DNA of 64,000 nucleotides, taken from contig OZ246414.1 of assembly GCA_965231125.1 (NCBI GenBank), positions 512,137-576,136 of the forward strand, in the 5' to 3' direction. Each line of letters starts with the position of its first letter. Positions within the stretch are counted from its first letter, which is position 1. This DNA comes from an uncultured Gammaproteobacteria bacterium (GTDB taxonomy: Bacteria; Patescibacteriota; Microgenomatia; Woykebacterales; RBG-16-39-9b). Below the pieces are notes generated by a model. It worked only from the letters and a program-made list of their open reading frames with translations. It ran no database searches and was not told where the DNA came from. Below, piece after piece: positions 1 to 10,210 of this stretch. The position numbers and the translations under genes are program-made.

Positions 1-747
1 GCAGCGATAGTGCTCAAAGAAATTGCCGGATTTGACCTAAAAGATTCAAATTGTATTGATAGGCAGGTTCCGGATTATCCGACACTTCTAGATGGACAAA
101 TAAAGGGATTGAAAGTCGGTGTACCTAAAGAGTTTTTTGGTCACGGTGTAGACGCAAAAGTTGCCGAGACGGTTAAAGCCGCTATTAAAAAATTGGAAGA
201 TTCGGGAACGGAGATTGTTGAAATTAGCTTACCGAGAAGTACGGATGCGGTTGCCGTTTACTACTTGATAGTCCCCTCCGAGGTTTCGGCAAATATGGCT
301 CGTTATGACGGGATCCGTTACGGATTTGGAAGAGATAAATTTGGGGAGGAAGTAAAAAGAAGAATAATGCTGGGAACTTACGCTTTATCTTCTGGTTATT
401 ACGACGCCTACTATTTGAAAGCCGCAAAAGTCCGCACTCTTATTATCGAAGAGTTTAAAAAAGCTTTTGAAAAGGTGGATGTAATTGTAGGCCCAACCTC
501 CCCAACTACAGCATTTGGTATTGGGGAAAAAGCAGACGACCCTTTGCAAATGTATTTGGCGGACGTTTTAACTTGCCCTCAAGATTTAGCGGGGGTACCG
601 GCCATCTCAGTACCTTGCGGTTTTGTCGAGGAATTGCCGGTTGGGCTTCAAATTACCGGTAAGCATTGGGATGAGGCGACAATTTTGAAAGTTGCTCACG
701 CTTACGAACAAGCAACAGACTGGCGCAAGCAAAAACCACAAATCTGA
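1..747 (+). CDS. gatA: Asp/Glu-tRNA amidotransferase subunit A (5'-truncated by window edge)
   Basis: Amidase C-terminal motifs [45 protein letters not shown]; upstream of gatB. Confidence 0.97.
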   Translation, partial: AAIVLKEIAGFDLKDSNCIDRQVPDYPTLLDGQIKGLKVGVPKEFFGHGVDAKVAETVKAAIKKLEDSGTEIVEISLPRSTDAVAVYYLIVPSEVSANMARYDGIRYGFGRDKFGEEVKRRIMLGTYALSSGYYDAYYLKAAKVRTLIIEEFKKAFEKVDVIVGPTSPTTAFGIGEKADDPLQMYLADVLTCPQDLAGVPAISVPCGFVEELPVGLQITGKHWDEATILKVAHAYEQATDWRKQKPQI

Positions 748-1151
748 TGGGAATCTTAGATTTTTTTAGCGGAAAACCGAAATACAAGACTCTGCAAGAG
801 GCTTATTTGAGTGGTCTTGATAGAAATTTGGTAACTGAACGGTGGGAAGATTTGGAGGGAAAATTAAGCTCAAAATCCCCGGCGGCAGCTCGAGAGGCGG
901 TTTTGGAGGCGGACAAAGCTTTGGGTTACGCCCTGGAAAAAATTTATCCGGGAGGCGAAAATACAGGGGAGCGTCTAAAAGCCGCCAAGAAAAAATTCTC
1001 GGGGAAATACGACGATTACGACGCTCTTTGGTACGCTCACAAAATCCGCAACGAAATGGTTCACAACGTTAATTTTGAATTACCTACTACGCAAGCAAAA
1101 GATATATTGGAAAAATTTAAGAGAGGCTTAGAGATTTTAGGAGCGTTATGA
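747..1151 (+). CDS. Hypothetical helical protein with HEPN-like RxxxxH motif (RNEMVH)
   Basis: 134 aa ORF translationally coupled to gatA and gatB; EADK..L...GERLK...HKIRNEMVH pattern. Confidence 0.7.
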   Translation: MGILDFFSGKPKYKTLQEAYLSGLDRNLVTERWEDLEGKLSSKSPAAAREAVLEADKALGYALEKIYPGGENTGERLKAAKKKFSGKYDDYDALWYAHKIRNEMVHNVNFELPTTQAKDILEKFKRGLEILGAL

Positions 1152-2617
1152 GGGAGTACGAAACAACAATTGGTTTGGAAGTGCATGTTCAACTAAAAAC
1201 AAAGTCCAAAATGTTCTGTACAGGTATTGCCGAATATTTCGGAGAAGAGCCAAACTCACACACTTGTCCCGTTTGCCTCGGGCTTCCGGGGGCTCTCCCC
1301 GTAATAAATCAAAAGGCAATAGAATCTGCAATCAAGGTTGGTTTGGCCTTAAATTGCCAAGTAAATAAAGAAACAAAATTTGATAGGAAAAATTATTTTT
1401 ACCCGGATTTACCTAAAGGTTATCAGATTTCTCAGTACGATTTACCAGTCTCGAGGCAGGGTCACATATTGGTCGAGGGGAAAAAAATCAGAATCAACCG
1501 GGCTCATATGGAAGAAGATACCGGAAAGTTAATCCACACAAAAGTGGCTGGGAAAATGGTCAGTTTAATAGATTTTAATCGCTCGGGAGTCCCTTTGCTG
1601 GAAATTGTCTCAGAGCCGGATATTTCTTCTCCGGAAGGGGCCCGCAGTTACGCCAAGAAGCTGCACCAAACCATGCGTTACTTGGAAGTGGCCGATGTTG
1701 ATATGGAAAAAGCCGGCATGAGATTTGATGCCAACGTTTCTCTTCGAGCCAAGGGGGATAAGGAGCTGGGAACTAAAGTTGAAATAAAAAATATAAACTC
1801 ATTTAGATTTTTAGCTAAGGCTCTGGAGTTTGAAATCGTCCGCCAAGCGAAGAAATTGGACGCCGGAGAAAAAATTATTCAGGAGACTCGCGGTTGGGTG
1901 GAAGGCAAAGGTGAGACAGTCTCCCAACGAACAAAAGAGACCTCCCCAGACTACCGGTATTTTCCAGAACCAGACCTTCCGCCCCTCTCTATAAGCGCGG
2001 AACTGGTTGATAATCTAAAAAAACAAATGCCGGAACTTCCGGACGAAAAGTTAGAACGTTTTCAGAAGGATTACGCTTTAGGGGCTTATGATAGTCGTTT
2101 GTTGACCGAAGACAAAAATCTTGCCGATTGGTATGAAGAGGCAGTTTTGGACTATACCAGATTGGGACAAAATAAAAAGGAGCCTACCAATATCGATTTC
2201 CAAAAAACAAAAAAAGTTGCTAACTGGGTTTTGGGGGAATTGGCCAGGCTTTTAAATGATAAAGGGCAAAGTATAAAAGAGGCAAAAATAGAACCCGCCG
2301 CACTTGTGCAGTTACTTCTCTTAGTAGACGGCGAAAAGATTACCCGAGAGACAGCCAAACAAGTGTTTGCTAAGATGTTTCAAGAAGGAAAACTGCCTGC
2401 TAAAATAATAGAGGAGGAGGCCTTAGGACAGATGACGGAAGAAGAATTGGAAGGGGTAGTAGTTAGCGTAATAGAGGAAAATGAAAAGGCATCTACCGAC
2501 TACAAAGCCGGTAAAAAAGAATCGTTAAAATTTTTGGTTGGACAGGCGATGAAAAAAACTAAGGGCAAGGGGGGTCCGCAAATTATAACTAGGGTTCTCC
2601 AAGAAAAACTTTTATGA
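1148..2617 (+). CDS. gatB: Asp/Glu-tRNA amidotransferase subunit B
   Basis: IGLEVHVQL, FDRKNYFYPDLPKGYQISQ, DYRYFPEPDL motifs. Confidence 0.98.
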   Translation: MREYETTIGLEVHVQLKTKSKMFCTGIAEYFGEEPNSHTCPVCLGLPGALPVINQKAIESAIKVGLALNCQVNKETKFDRKNYFYPDLPKGYQISQYDLPVSRQGHILVEGKKIRINRAHMEEDTGKLIHTKVAGKMVSLIDFNRSGVPLLEIVSEPDISSPEGARSYAKKLHQTMRYLEVADVDMEKAGMRFDANVSLRAKGDKELGTKVEIKNINSFRFLAKALEFEIVRQAKKLDAGEKIIQETRGWVEGKGETVSQRTKETSPDYRYFPEPDLPPLSISAELVDNLKKQMPELPDEKLERFQKDYALGAYDSRLLTEDKNLADWYEEAVLDYTRLGQNKKEPTNIDFQKTKKVANWVLGELARLLNDKGQSIKEAKIEPAALVQLLLLVDGEKITRETAKQVFAKMFQEGKLPAKIIEEEALGQMTEEELEGVVVSVIEENEKASTDYKAGKKESLKFLVGQAMKKTKGKGGPQIITRVLQEKLL

Positions 2618-4416
2618 ATGCCGAAGTAGGCACAGAAGTAAAATACGATTTAATCACAACTGCCGACGGTCTCGTAAAAATAATTGATGATTTGGAAAAA
2701 TCGCCCATTATTGGTTTGGACACTGAAGGTACGAAATTTGATCCGTTCACCGCGAAATTACTACTTTTACAAATATCTACGAAAAATAATATTTACGTTA
2801 TCGATAATGGTAAAGTAGATATCTCCCCAATAAAACACATTTTGGAGTCGGAAAGACCACTAAAAATCGCTCAAAACGCCAAGTTTGACTATTCGTTGTT
2901 AAAAGCCCAGGCGGGAGTAAAGCTAGGGGCGGTTTTTGATACTATGCTTGCCGAAAGAATTCTGACGATGGGGGTCTCTCGGGAAATATCTCTAAAGACG
3001 ATTGCGGAGAAATACCTAGGTGTAAAAATGGATAAGACAATCCGGGAAACTTTTACAGATCCTAGGAATAATACCGGCCAGGTAAACTTCACCAAAGAAC
3101 AGCTTGATTATGCGGCCCGTGACGTTTCAGTTCTTATTCCAATTTTCGAGAAACAGTTCAAAAAACTTCAAGAGGAAGGGTTAATCGAAGTAGCAAAGCT
3201 AGAATTTTTAGTTGTACCGGTTGTTTCAGAAATGGAACTAAGGGGATCGTTAATTGACCAAGTAAAGTGGCGAAAATATATAGCCGAGTTGCGGGAGAAG
3301 AGAGATATAATTAACAAAGAAATACAAGACGATTTGCGCCATTTAAGCCCTTACTCTCAAACAGATCTTTTTGGTAATGAGGTTGATACAATAAATCTCG
3401 ACTCGCCTTTACAACTTCTCACCGCTTTTAAAAAAATGGGGGTTGAGTTGCCCAATACCGCCGAAGCCACTTTACATAAATCCGCTCACCCCTTAGCAAA
3501 AAAACTTTTAGAGTACCGAGCTTACGAGAAAATGATCACTTCTTTTGGGGAGTCTATCCTTGAGAAAATTCACCCTATCACGGGCAGACTACACCCAGAT
3601 TTCATCCAGCTTGGGGCGGATACAGGTAGGTTTGCCTGCAATAATCCAAACTTACAACAAATACCGGCCGACTCCGGTTTCCGGAGTTGTTTTATCGCGA
3701 CTCCTGGTTACAAACTTATAACAGCTGATTATTCTCAAATTGAACTTAGAATAATGGCGGAAGTCAGCGGAGATCCGGCTTTTCTAGAAGCATTCCAAGA
3801 AGATACGGATTTGCACACTTTAACAGCGAGCCAAATGTTTCGAATGCCAATTGAGAAAGTTAATAAAGATAAAAGATTCCAAGCAAAATCAATTAATTTT
3901 GGCTTGATGTATGGTAGAGGGCCAGCTTCTTTAGCCAATCAAATCGGTCTTTCAGTCGAGGAATCGAGAAAGTTACTGGAAGTTTATTTTGCAAAATATA
4001 AAAAAGTAAAGCAGTGGCTAGATAATGTTGGTCGCCAATCAGTTCGCCAAGGGTACATCCGTACATTGAGCGGAAGGAAAAGAATGTTTAATTTACCGGA
4101 TAAAACTGATATGGATTACGAAAAATTGATTGGAGCAGTGGAGAGACAAGGGAAAAATACGCCTATACAAGGCACGAGCGCCGACATTACAAAGTACGCT
4201 TTGGTTTTTATAGAGCGGGAAATTAAAAGTAGGGGGCTGGACGCTTACTTAATTCACACTGTCCACGATGAAATTGTAACCGAGGCCGCCGAAGATACCG
4301 TAGAGGAAGTTGCCAGTTTAGTTGAGGAGCAAATGATTAAAGCGGGCGAAAAACTTTTGAAAAAAGTTCCGGTGAAAGTAGACATTCATATTTCAGAGTG
4401 TTGGGAAAAGGGTTAG
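2614..4416 (+). CDS. polA: Family A DNA polymerase (3'-5' exonuclease + polymerase; no 5'-3' nuclease domain)
   Basis: Exo motifs LDTE, NAKFD, YAARD; Pol motifs ADYSQIELR, KSINFGLMYG, TVHDEI. Confidence 0.93.
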   Translation: MNAEVGTEVKYDLITTADGLVKIIDDLEKSPIIGLDTEGTKFDPFTAKLLLLQISTKNNIYVIDNGKVDISPIKHILESERPLKIAQNAKFDYSLLKAQAGVKLGAVFDTMLAERILTMGVSREISLKTIAEKYLGVKMDKTIRETFTDPRNNTGQVNFTKEQLDYAARDVSVLIPIFEKQFKKLQEEGLIEVAKLEFLVVPVVSEMELRGSLIDQVKWRKYIAELREKRDIINKEIQDDLRHLSPYSQTDLFGNEVDTINLDSPLQLLTAFKKMGVELPNTAEATLHKSAHPLAKKLLEYRAYEKMITSFGESILEKIHPITGRLHPDFIQLGADTGRFACNNPNLQQIPADSGFRSCFIATPGYKLITADYSQIELRIMAEVSGDPAFLEAFQEDTDLHTLTASQMFRMPIEKVNKDKRFQAKSINFGLMYGRGPASLANQIGLSVEESRKLLEVYFAKYKKVKQWLDNVGRQSVRQGYIRTLSGRKRMFNLPDKTDMDYEKLIGAVERQGKNTPIQGTSADITKYALVFIEREIKSRGLDAYLIHTVHDEIVTEAAEDTVEEVASLVEEQMIKAGEKLLKKVPVKVDIHISECWEKG

Positions 4417-4441
4417 GGAGTCTGGTAGAGGTTTATGATAA

Positions 4442-4470
4442 TTGACCTTAAGTTAGCCTCATAGTATACT
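4442..4470 (+). promoter_or_regulatory. sigma70 promoter, leaderless (CAP gene)
   Basis: TTGACC-17-TATACT, 6 nt before ATG at 4477. Confidence 0.7.
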
Positions 4471-4476
4471 TATTGT

Positions 4477-5403
4477 ATGGGCCTACTGCTCGCGAGATGG
4501 ATTTATCCACACTTTCATAATGATCACCATCCTTTTGCAATTCGCCACCAAGCTCTTTTTGGGTTTGTAATTATACTCTCTTTAGTTCAGGTTGTTACTA
4601 ACGCAGTAAGTGGCAATCCCAAAATATTAGGCTACGCAACTAATATATCTTCCGAGGTAATTGTTAATTTAACAAACAACGAAAGGGTGAAGGAAAATGC
4701 CCCCGCGTTGCAGGAAAGTACGCTTCTAGATAGGGCTGCCGCCCTTAAAGCGCAGAACATGTTTGCTAAAGATTATTGGGCCCACTTTGCACCAGATGGC
4801 ACCTCGCCTTGGTATTTTTTCGATAAAGTCGATTATAAATATTCCTGGGCTGGGGAAAATCTCGCTCGGGATTTTCAGACTTCTTCTGGAGTTGTTGCCG
4901 GTTGGATGGCTTCCACCGAAGGGCACCGAGAAAATATTTTAAATCCCAACTTTACTCAGATTGGTGTCGCTGTAGAAAACGGCACGCTTCTGGGGAGTCA
5001 AACTACCCTAGTGGTTCAACTTTTTGGCAGACCAGTAAGTTATTTAGCGTCCGCACCAACCAATACACAGTCGGCTAAGAGTACCTCTGTTAATGATAAT
5101 TTGGTTTTACCGACAGGTAAAGCAAGCCACACTACTATTGGCAAGGAAAAGGCGGTTATCACCTCCTCAGGTTTAAGTGTCGGTTCGGGCTTGAATCTTG
5201 CCGAGTTGGTAAGAAATATGAGCCTTAGCCAAAAAACAAGTTTCTCCCTACTTTTTGTTTTAGGATCACTTTTTGCCCTGGATTCAGTGGCAATTTTTCG
5301 TAAAGAACACACTCGGTCTAACAGCCATTCCGGAATGCACGCAGTAGTAATCTTGGTACTGATGGTAACTCTAATGGCGCAAAGCTTAGGAGTAATTTTA
5401 TGA
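4477..5403 (+). CDS. CAP/SCP domain membrane protein
   Basis: LTNNER, YWAHFAPDG, AGENLARDF, WMASTEGHRENIL; N- and C-terminal TM segments. Confidence 0.9.
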   Translation: MGLLLARWIYPHFHNDHHPFAIRHQALFGFVIILSLVQVVTNAVSGNPKILGYATNISSEVIVNLTNNERVKENAPALQESTLLDRAAALKAQNMFAKDYWAHFAPDGTSPWYFFDKVDYKYSWAGENLARDFQTSSGVVAGWMASTEGHRENILNPNFTQIGVAVENGTLLGSQTTLVVQLFGRPVSYLASAPTNTQSAKSTSVNDNLVLPTGKASHTTIGKEKAVITSSGLSVGSGLNLAELVRNMSLSQKTSFSLLFVLGSLFALDSVAIFRKEHTRSNSHSGMHAVVILVLMVTLMAQSLGVIL

Positions 5404-5654
5404 AAAAATATCACCTTTCCCATGCATTGCAGTACGCTGTCTTGGCCGTAGTCTTTTTAGTTTCAATACCGACTCTGTTTGTTGTTAGGCAGGAAGGAAC
5501 GCGGATTTTTCTTATTTTTGCCCTGAGTCTGTTCTACTTGGTAGTTGGTATTTGGCATCATCTCGAAGAAAAAAATTTAACGGCCACAACCCTCTTGGAG
5601 TATTTAGCCGTCAGCTTAATAATCTTTGTTGTTCTTTTTTCTGTTTTTCGCTGA
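5400..5654 (+). CDS. Small three-TM hypothetical membrane protein
   Basis: Hydrophobic 84 aa ORF, ATGA overlap with CAP gene; GIWHH and EY motif. Confidence 0.75.
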   Translation: MKKYHLSHALQYAVLAVVFLVSIPTLFVVRQEGTRIFLIFALSLFYLVVGIWHHLEEKNLTATTLLEYLAVSLIIFVVLFSVFR

Positions 5655-5704
5655 CAGGTAGTTATTTGACATACAAGAGCCCAAAGTATAAAATAGTTTG
5701 GTTT

Positions 5705-6013
5705 ATGGAAGAGCGTAAAGAAGAAATAAAATTAGAGCCTGGAGACACCGCTCGCATCAGCGTTAGAGTTAAAGAAGCCGGCAAAGAAAGAATTCAAGTT
5801 TTTGAAGGCGCGGTTATATCCGTTCGCGGTAGTGGTGAATCTAAAACTTTTACAGTCAGGAAAATTGGTGCGGCTGGCGTGGGAATAGAGCGAATTTGGC
5901 CCGCCGGCAGTCCAAGTATTCAAAAGATTGAGATAAGAAAAAAATCTCCGGCACGGCGCGCAAAACTGTATTTTCTTCGTTCCCGTAAAGGTAAAGCCGC
6001 TTTGGGTATATGA
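5705..6013 (+). CDS. rplS: 50S ribosomal protein L19
   Basis: [31 protein letters not shown]; start ATG 5705 behind TTGACA-17-TAAAAT. Confidence 0.97.
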   Translation: MEERKEEIKLEPGDTARISVRVKEAGKERIQVFEGAVISVRGSGESKTFTVRKIGAAGVGIERIWPAGSPSIQKIEIRKKSPARRAKLYFLRSRKGKAALGI

Positions 6014-6630
6014 GGCGTGTTGCCGCCCACTTTCAATACGAAAAAGAGCTTTGGAAAAAGGGAGTAGAGTTTGTCGCTGGTGTCGATGAAGTTGGTCGTG
6101 GTTCCTGGGCCGGGCCAGTTGTGGCAGCCGCCGTTGTCTTCCCCAAAAACATAAACTTCGCAGAAGAACTTTACGATTCAAAGTTGGTTTTACCAAGACA
6201 CCGCGAAAGGCTATCAAGGTTGATTCACCAGTATGCTTTGGCGATCGGTTTGGGAGTGGTTGAAGTGCCGGTGATAAACAAACTCGGTATTGGTAAAGCC
6301 ACCCAGAGGGCATTTCGGAAGGCAATTTTTCAACTCACGAGCGTTCCCAGCTGGATTCTAATTGACGCTTTTTATATAAAACACCTCAAAAAGGACAACC
6401 AGCTGCCAATTAAAAAAGGAGACACAATAGCGGCCTCTATCGCTGCTGCCTCAATAGTCGCCAAAGTTTATCGGGACTCCCTGATGAGAAAGTTGGGAAG
6501 ACTCTACCCAGAATACGGGTTTGGTGTTAACAAAGGCTACGGAACAGCCTTTCACCAAGAGGCTATCAGAAAATACAAGCTTTGCAAAGCTCACAGGCTC
6601 TCCTTTAATTTAAGTTATCTAACCCAATGA
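6010..6630 (+). CDS. rnhB: Ribonuclease HII
   Basis: [27 protein letters not shown]. Confidence 0.97.
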   Translation: MRRVAAHFQYEKELWKKGVEFVAGVDEVGRGSWAGPVVAAAVVFPKNINFAEELYDSKLVLPRHRERLSRLIHQYALAIGLGVVEVPVINKLGIGKATQRAFRKAIFQLTSVPSWILIDAFYIKHLKKDNQLPIKKGDTIAASIAAASIVAKVYRDSLMRKLGRLYPEYGFGVNKGYGTAFHQEAIRKYKLCKAHRLSFNLSYLTQ

Positions 6631-6986
6631 CAAAAACTTCCTTAGGTAAAAAAGGTGAAGAAATTGCTGAAAAATTTTTAATTGATCGGGGCTTCAAAAT
6701 ACTTGAAAAAAATTTCCGAGCCCGTTTTGGGGAGATAGATATAATTGCAAACTACAAAGATACTTTGGTTCTTGTCGAAGTCAAGACAAGACATTCTGCA
6801 AATTTTGGTTTACCCGAAGAAGCAGTAACATATCGGAAAATAAAAACGATTGCTAAAGTTGGGGAATACTACCGCGCTTTCAAGGAAAATCTGCCTGATT
6901 CGGAAAGAATTGATGTGGTGGCGGTTGATTTTGACGAAGACGGAAAATTAAAAAGGGTTGAGTTAATTGAAAACGTTACCGGCTAA
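6627..6986 (+). CDS. yraN: YraN family putative endonuclease (UPF0102)
   Basis: GKKGE, GEIDII, LVEVKTR, RIDVVAV; rplS-rnhB-yraN synteny. Confidence 0.93.
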   Translation: MTKTSLGKKGEEIAEKFLIDRGFKILEKNFRARFGEIDIIANYKDTLVLVEVKTRHSANFGLPEEAVTYRKIKTIAKVGEYYRAFKENLPDSERIDVVAVDFDEDGKLKRVELIENVTG

Positions 6987-7456
6987 TTATGATTCGAGTT
7001 TTCAATACTAGTTTCTTGGTCGACCTCATATGTCGTATCCGTACGAGAATTTGAGTGCAAATTGACCTCAAATTTTCCGTCACCACTCATTGGTAAAGTA
7101 ATACTTAAATTCCCATCTTTTAGTTCTTTCTTAAAATCTATTGGGGGTTGTGGTTCGGGCGTTATGTTCACTGATGCATCTGATCCTTCCTCTGAAGATT
7201 TTATTGAAATACTAATTCTTGACGTGCCGGCTGGGTCTGGTGTTTTTGGGGTTTCAGGTGTTTGAGGTGTACTAGGGGTTGCTTGGTTGGGTGGTTGTGG
7301 ATTGCTCGATTCATCTGTATTTGGGGTGGTAGTATTCTCGGCTAAAGATTGATTTGACTGGAAAAAAGCTAGGGCTCCGACAAGTGCTACCCCGAGTATA
7401 ACTGCTCTATATTTAAATACTCTGGAAAAGACTATCAACCTCATTAAAAAGACCAT
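6983..7456 (-). CDS. Secreted/anchored hypothetical protein with Pro/Thr-rich linker
   Basis: N-terminal hydrophobic segment then P/T/S-rich low complexity region. Confidence 0.7.
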   Translation of the reverse strand: MVFLMRLIVFSRVFKYRAVILGVALVGALAFFQSNQSLAENTTTPNTDESSNPQPPNQATPSTPQTPETPKTPDPAGTSRISISIKSSEEGSDASVNITPEPQPPIDFKKELKDGNLSITLPMSGDGKFEVNLHSNSRTDTTYEVDQETSIENSNHN

Positions 7457-7559
7457 ATCACTGCGGCGGTAAAAGTGTCAAGAGGTAAAATTGGCTACTG
7501 TCTAAATTCAAACTACAAGCAATATTTACAAGCCAAACCCCCTCTGCTATACTCGCCGC

Positions 7560-8201
7560 ATGGATGCAAGTGAGCAGCAGGTAAATCAACCGGCCAGTCT
7601 TGGCCGAAAAACAAAGACCCCGGTTGCGGCCTTAGTCGCCTTACTCGTTTTGGTACTTGTGGCCTTTGCTTGGTGGTTTATGTTTCGGGGCGCAAGACAG
7701 GCAAAAGCACCGACTAGTAACTATATGAATCCGACTGCCACTTCCTCCGCAAGTAACTCGGTGACACCAGGCGGAACCAGTAAAACGTATCCGGTGAAAG
7801 TGTATTTTTCAAAACACCCGGATTCGGATAGCGATCCAACCAAAGTCTTCGCTGTGAGCCGAACATCGACGGATGCCGGTGTCGCAAAATTTTCCCTTAG
7901 CGAGCTTATTGCTGGGCCAACGGCAGCCGAAAAAACCCAAGGTTATTACACCCAGCTAACTGTTTCGGGTAGTAGTAGCTGTGCTGGAGACAGTTTTACG
8001 ATATCAATTGTTTCTGGAAAAGCGACCGTAAAATTCTGTAAAGAAACTTCTCTTGGTGGGGAGCTGGATAGTGCTCGTCTTCAGGCGGAAATTGAGACTA
8101 CTATTCAACAATTCTCAACTATCACAAAAGTGGTCGTTCTAAATAAAAACGGGGACTGTATGTTTGATTTATCCGGAATGAATATGTGTCTTTCTAACTA
8201 G
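7560..8201 (+). CDS. GerMN-domain membrane-anchored protein
   Basis: TM helix, VKVYFS, LIAGPT..EK..GY, IETTIQQF. Confidence 0.8.
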   Translation: MDASEQQVNQPASLGRKTKTPVAALVALLVLVLVAFAWWFMFRGARQAKAPTSNYMNPTATSSASNSVTPGGTSKTYPVKVYFSKHPDSDSDPTKVFAVSRTSTDAGVAKFSLSELIAGPTAAEKTQGYYTQLTVSGSSSCAGDSFTISIVSGKATVKFCKETSLGGELDSARLQAEIETTIQQFSTITKVVVLNKNGDCMFDLSGMNMCLSN

Positions 8202-8622
8202 AACCTTGGGTTTTATTTTCCTTTACCGCTTTGCCATTATTAATTTCGTAGCCAGCATCTTTAGCTAAGGCTTCCACAACTTCTTTTATATAAGCAATTT
8301 CTTTTTCTGCTTTTACATCGGTCTCATAATCAAGTTCGGCTCGTTGCTCCTCTCTTTCCGCCTGTCGGTTTTGGCTTATCATAACGAATGTAGACAAAAA
8401 TATTGCTTCCAGCGAAACGATTAAAGTAAGAAGACCAAACGGGTAGGGATCAAATCTATGAAGCACCGCAATTAAACCAATGTTAACTAACACCCAAAGG
8501 GCGAACCAAATAGTATGGACGTAGACAAAACGCATACTGCCAACAAAACTTGTGATCGCATCGGATATGTTATCTTCCAGAGCCCTTTTCTTTTCCAGCT
8601 CGTCGTTGAGATTTTTTGCCAT
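8194..8622 (-). CDS. DUF1003 membrane protein
   Basis: FVGSM.F, FDPYPFGLLTLIVSLEAIFLSTFVMISQNRQ; likely start MAKNL at 8622. Confidence 0.9.
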   Translation of the reverse strand: MAKNLNDELEKKRALEDNISDAITSFVGSMRFVYVHTIWFALWVLVNIGLIAVLHRFDPYPFGLLTLIVSLEAIFLSTFVMISQNRQAEREEQRAELDYETDVKAEKEIAYIKEVVEALAKDAGYEINNGKAVKENKTQGSS

Positions 8623-8687
8623 ATTTAACTCAAAAAAAAAATTATACCACTGTTGTGCCCTAAAATGAAAATATGTAATATACACAC

Positions 8688-9413
8688 ATGAAGTTTTTGG
8701 TTTTTCAACACGCTCCCCACGAACATACAGGATTAATTAAAAAATTTGCGGACTCTCGCGGGGTCAGTTTAGATACTGTCGAACTTTGGAAACCGTACAG
8801 GATTCCGACAATCGAAAATTATGACGCCCTTATAATAATGGGCGGGCCGATGGGAGTTTATGAGGGGAAAGACACCTTTCCTTCGAAAGAAGACGAGTTA
8901 AAAACTATAAAAAAGGCCGTCGGAAAAATTCCCATTCTTGGTTTTTGCTTGGGAAGCCAACTTTTGGCAGCGGCGTTAGGGGCGGAAGTTTATCCTAATA
9001 TCCAAAAGGGTAAAAAGATTAAAGAGATAGGTTATTACGAAGTAAATTTAACAGGGCAAGGACTCCAAGATAGATTGTTCAAGGGATTCTCCTCGCCGCT
9101 CTCGGTTTTGCAGTGGCACGGTGATATTTTTGAACTGCCGTCTGGCGTAACTTTATTGGCAACCGGAGAGGTTTGCCCAAACCAAGCCTTTTGTTACAAG
9201 AACGCTTATGGGCTTTTGTTTCATTTCGAATTTACTCCGGAGATGATAGCTAAGCAAATTGAAGTTGATAAAGAATGGATTCACGCTGATTTTGAGTTGG
9301 ATGAAAGCGAATTGCTAAGAAAAGCCACAGAAAACGCGGTTCTAATGGAGCGAGAGTGCCAAAAACTTTTTGACAACTTTCTTTCAATTGTAGAAACACC
9401 GCAAAAGCCTTAA
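8688..9413 (+). CDS. Type 1 glutamine amidotransferase (GuaA-like)
   Basis: MGGPMGVY, LGFCLGSQ, QWHGD, FHFE catalytic C-H-E. Confidence 0.92.
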   Translation: MKFLVFQHAPHEHTGLIKKFADSRGVSLDTVELWKPYRIPTIENYDALIIMGGPMGVYEGKDTFPSKEDELKTIKKAVGKIPILGFCLGSQLLAAALGAEVYPNIQKGKKIKEIGYYEVNLTGQGLQDRLFKGFSSPLSVLQWHGDIFELPSGVTLLATGEVCPNQAFCYKNAYGLLFHFEFTPEMIAKQIEVDKEWIHADFELDESELLRKATENAVLMERECQKLFDNFLSIVETPQKP

Positions 9414-9423
9414 AACTAATTTC

Positions 9424-9452
9424 TTGCAAATAAGAAACCCATAACCTATAAT
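9424..9452 (+). promoter_or_regulatory. sigma70 promoter of DinB-like cassette
   Basis: TTGCAA-17-TATAAT. Confidence 0.65.
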
Positions 9453-9510
9453 CTCCTTCAGCCTAAAGAATCACAAAACTAAATCCAACAAAGGAATGGA
9501 GGGATCAGCC

Positions 9511-10125
9511 GTGAAACTTACCGATGTAATATACGGTTTTCACCCGGTCATACGTTTGATGACCGCTCGGGTATCTGAGGAGGAGCTTTACACTGAGCAG
9601 CTAGCGAAGATGAGTGACGATGCTGTACGAGGCCATCTTAATCCAGATGTGCAGCGAGTTCTCTTTCTTCTTTACCATGCGGCGGTGACTGAAGACACAC
9701 TTTTGTACTTAATCACTCGTAACGCCCGTGTTTTTGATGTAGGCAGTTGGGAGTTTAGGCTCTGCCTACCCAGGCCTTATCGAAGCGGTGTGGTTCTAAC
9801 CGGTATTAGCGACACTGAGGCACTACGGATTGGTGCAAGTCTAAGTTTCTCACAATTGGAGAATTACCGATCCGCGGTATTTCAGAAAGGTTTATGGATT
9901 GCCCAAAACTTTTCTGAAGAAGTGCTTGATGAGCGGGTGGACACTCAGTGGGAGGAAGAGGTAGCCGCACGGTTCCATTCAGATGCTGTTCGCGACTCGG
10001 TGCTTGCTTTTTGGAGAGGTAAGAACGGCTTGTTCCTGCTTTTTCATGGCCTTGTCCACCAGCAGCAACACTTTGGAGAGGTGATATCACTGCTGGGTAG
10101 AGCTGGTCTAGCACCCAGGATTTAG
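9511..10125 (+). CDS. DinB/YfiT-like four-helix protein
   Basis: His in LLYHAA and C-terminal HQQQHFGEV; GGAGGG SD before GTG 9511. Confidence 0.65.
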   Translation: MKLTDVIYGFHPVIRLMTARVSEEELYTEQLAKMSDDAVRGHLNPDVQRVLFLLYHAAVTEDTLLYLITRNARVFDVGSWEFRLCLPRPYRSGVVLTGISDTEALRIGASLSFSQLENYRSAVFQKGLWIAQNFSEEVLDERVDTQWEEEVAARFHSDAVRDSVLAFWRGKNGLFLLFHGLVHQQQHFGEVISLLGRAGLAPRI

Positions 10126-10137
10126 CTGACCCACAAA

Positions 10138-10169
10138 TTGGCTCCTAGACCAAACAGTTTAGGAGCCAA
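10138..10169. terminator. Stem-loop terminator after DinB-like gene
   Basis: TTGGCTCCTAGAC / GTTTAGGAGCCAA inverted repeat. Confidence 0.7.
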
Positions 10170-10210
10170 GAATCCTTGTTTAAAAATAAATAAAAGCTAT
10201 AATAGTTCGC

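Noticed and set aside
5552-5704. N-terminal extensions in the ORF track (rplS from 5552; likewise uvrA 47213, hppA 61346, and 62218)
   Set aside because: Extensions run through promoters or upstream genes; homology begins at the downstream starts
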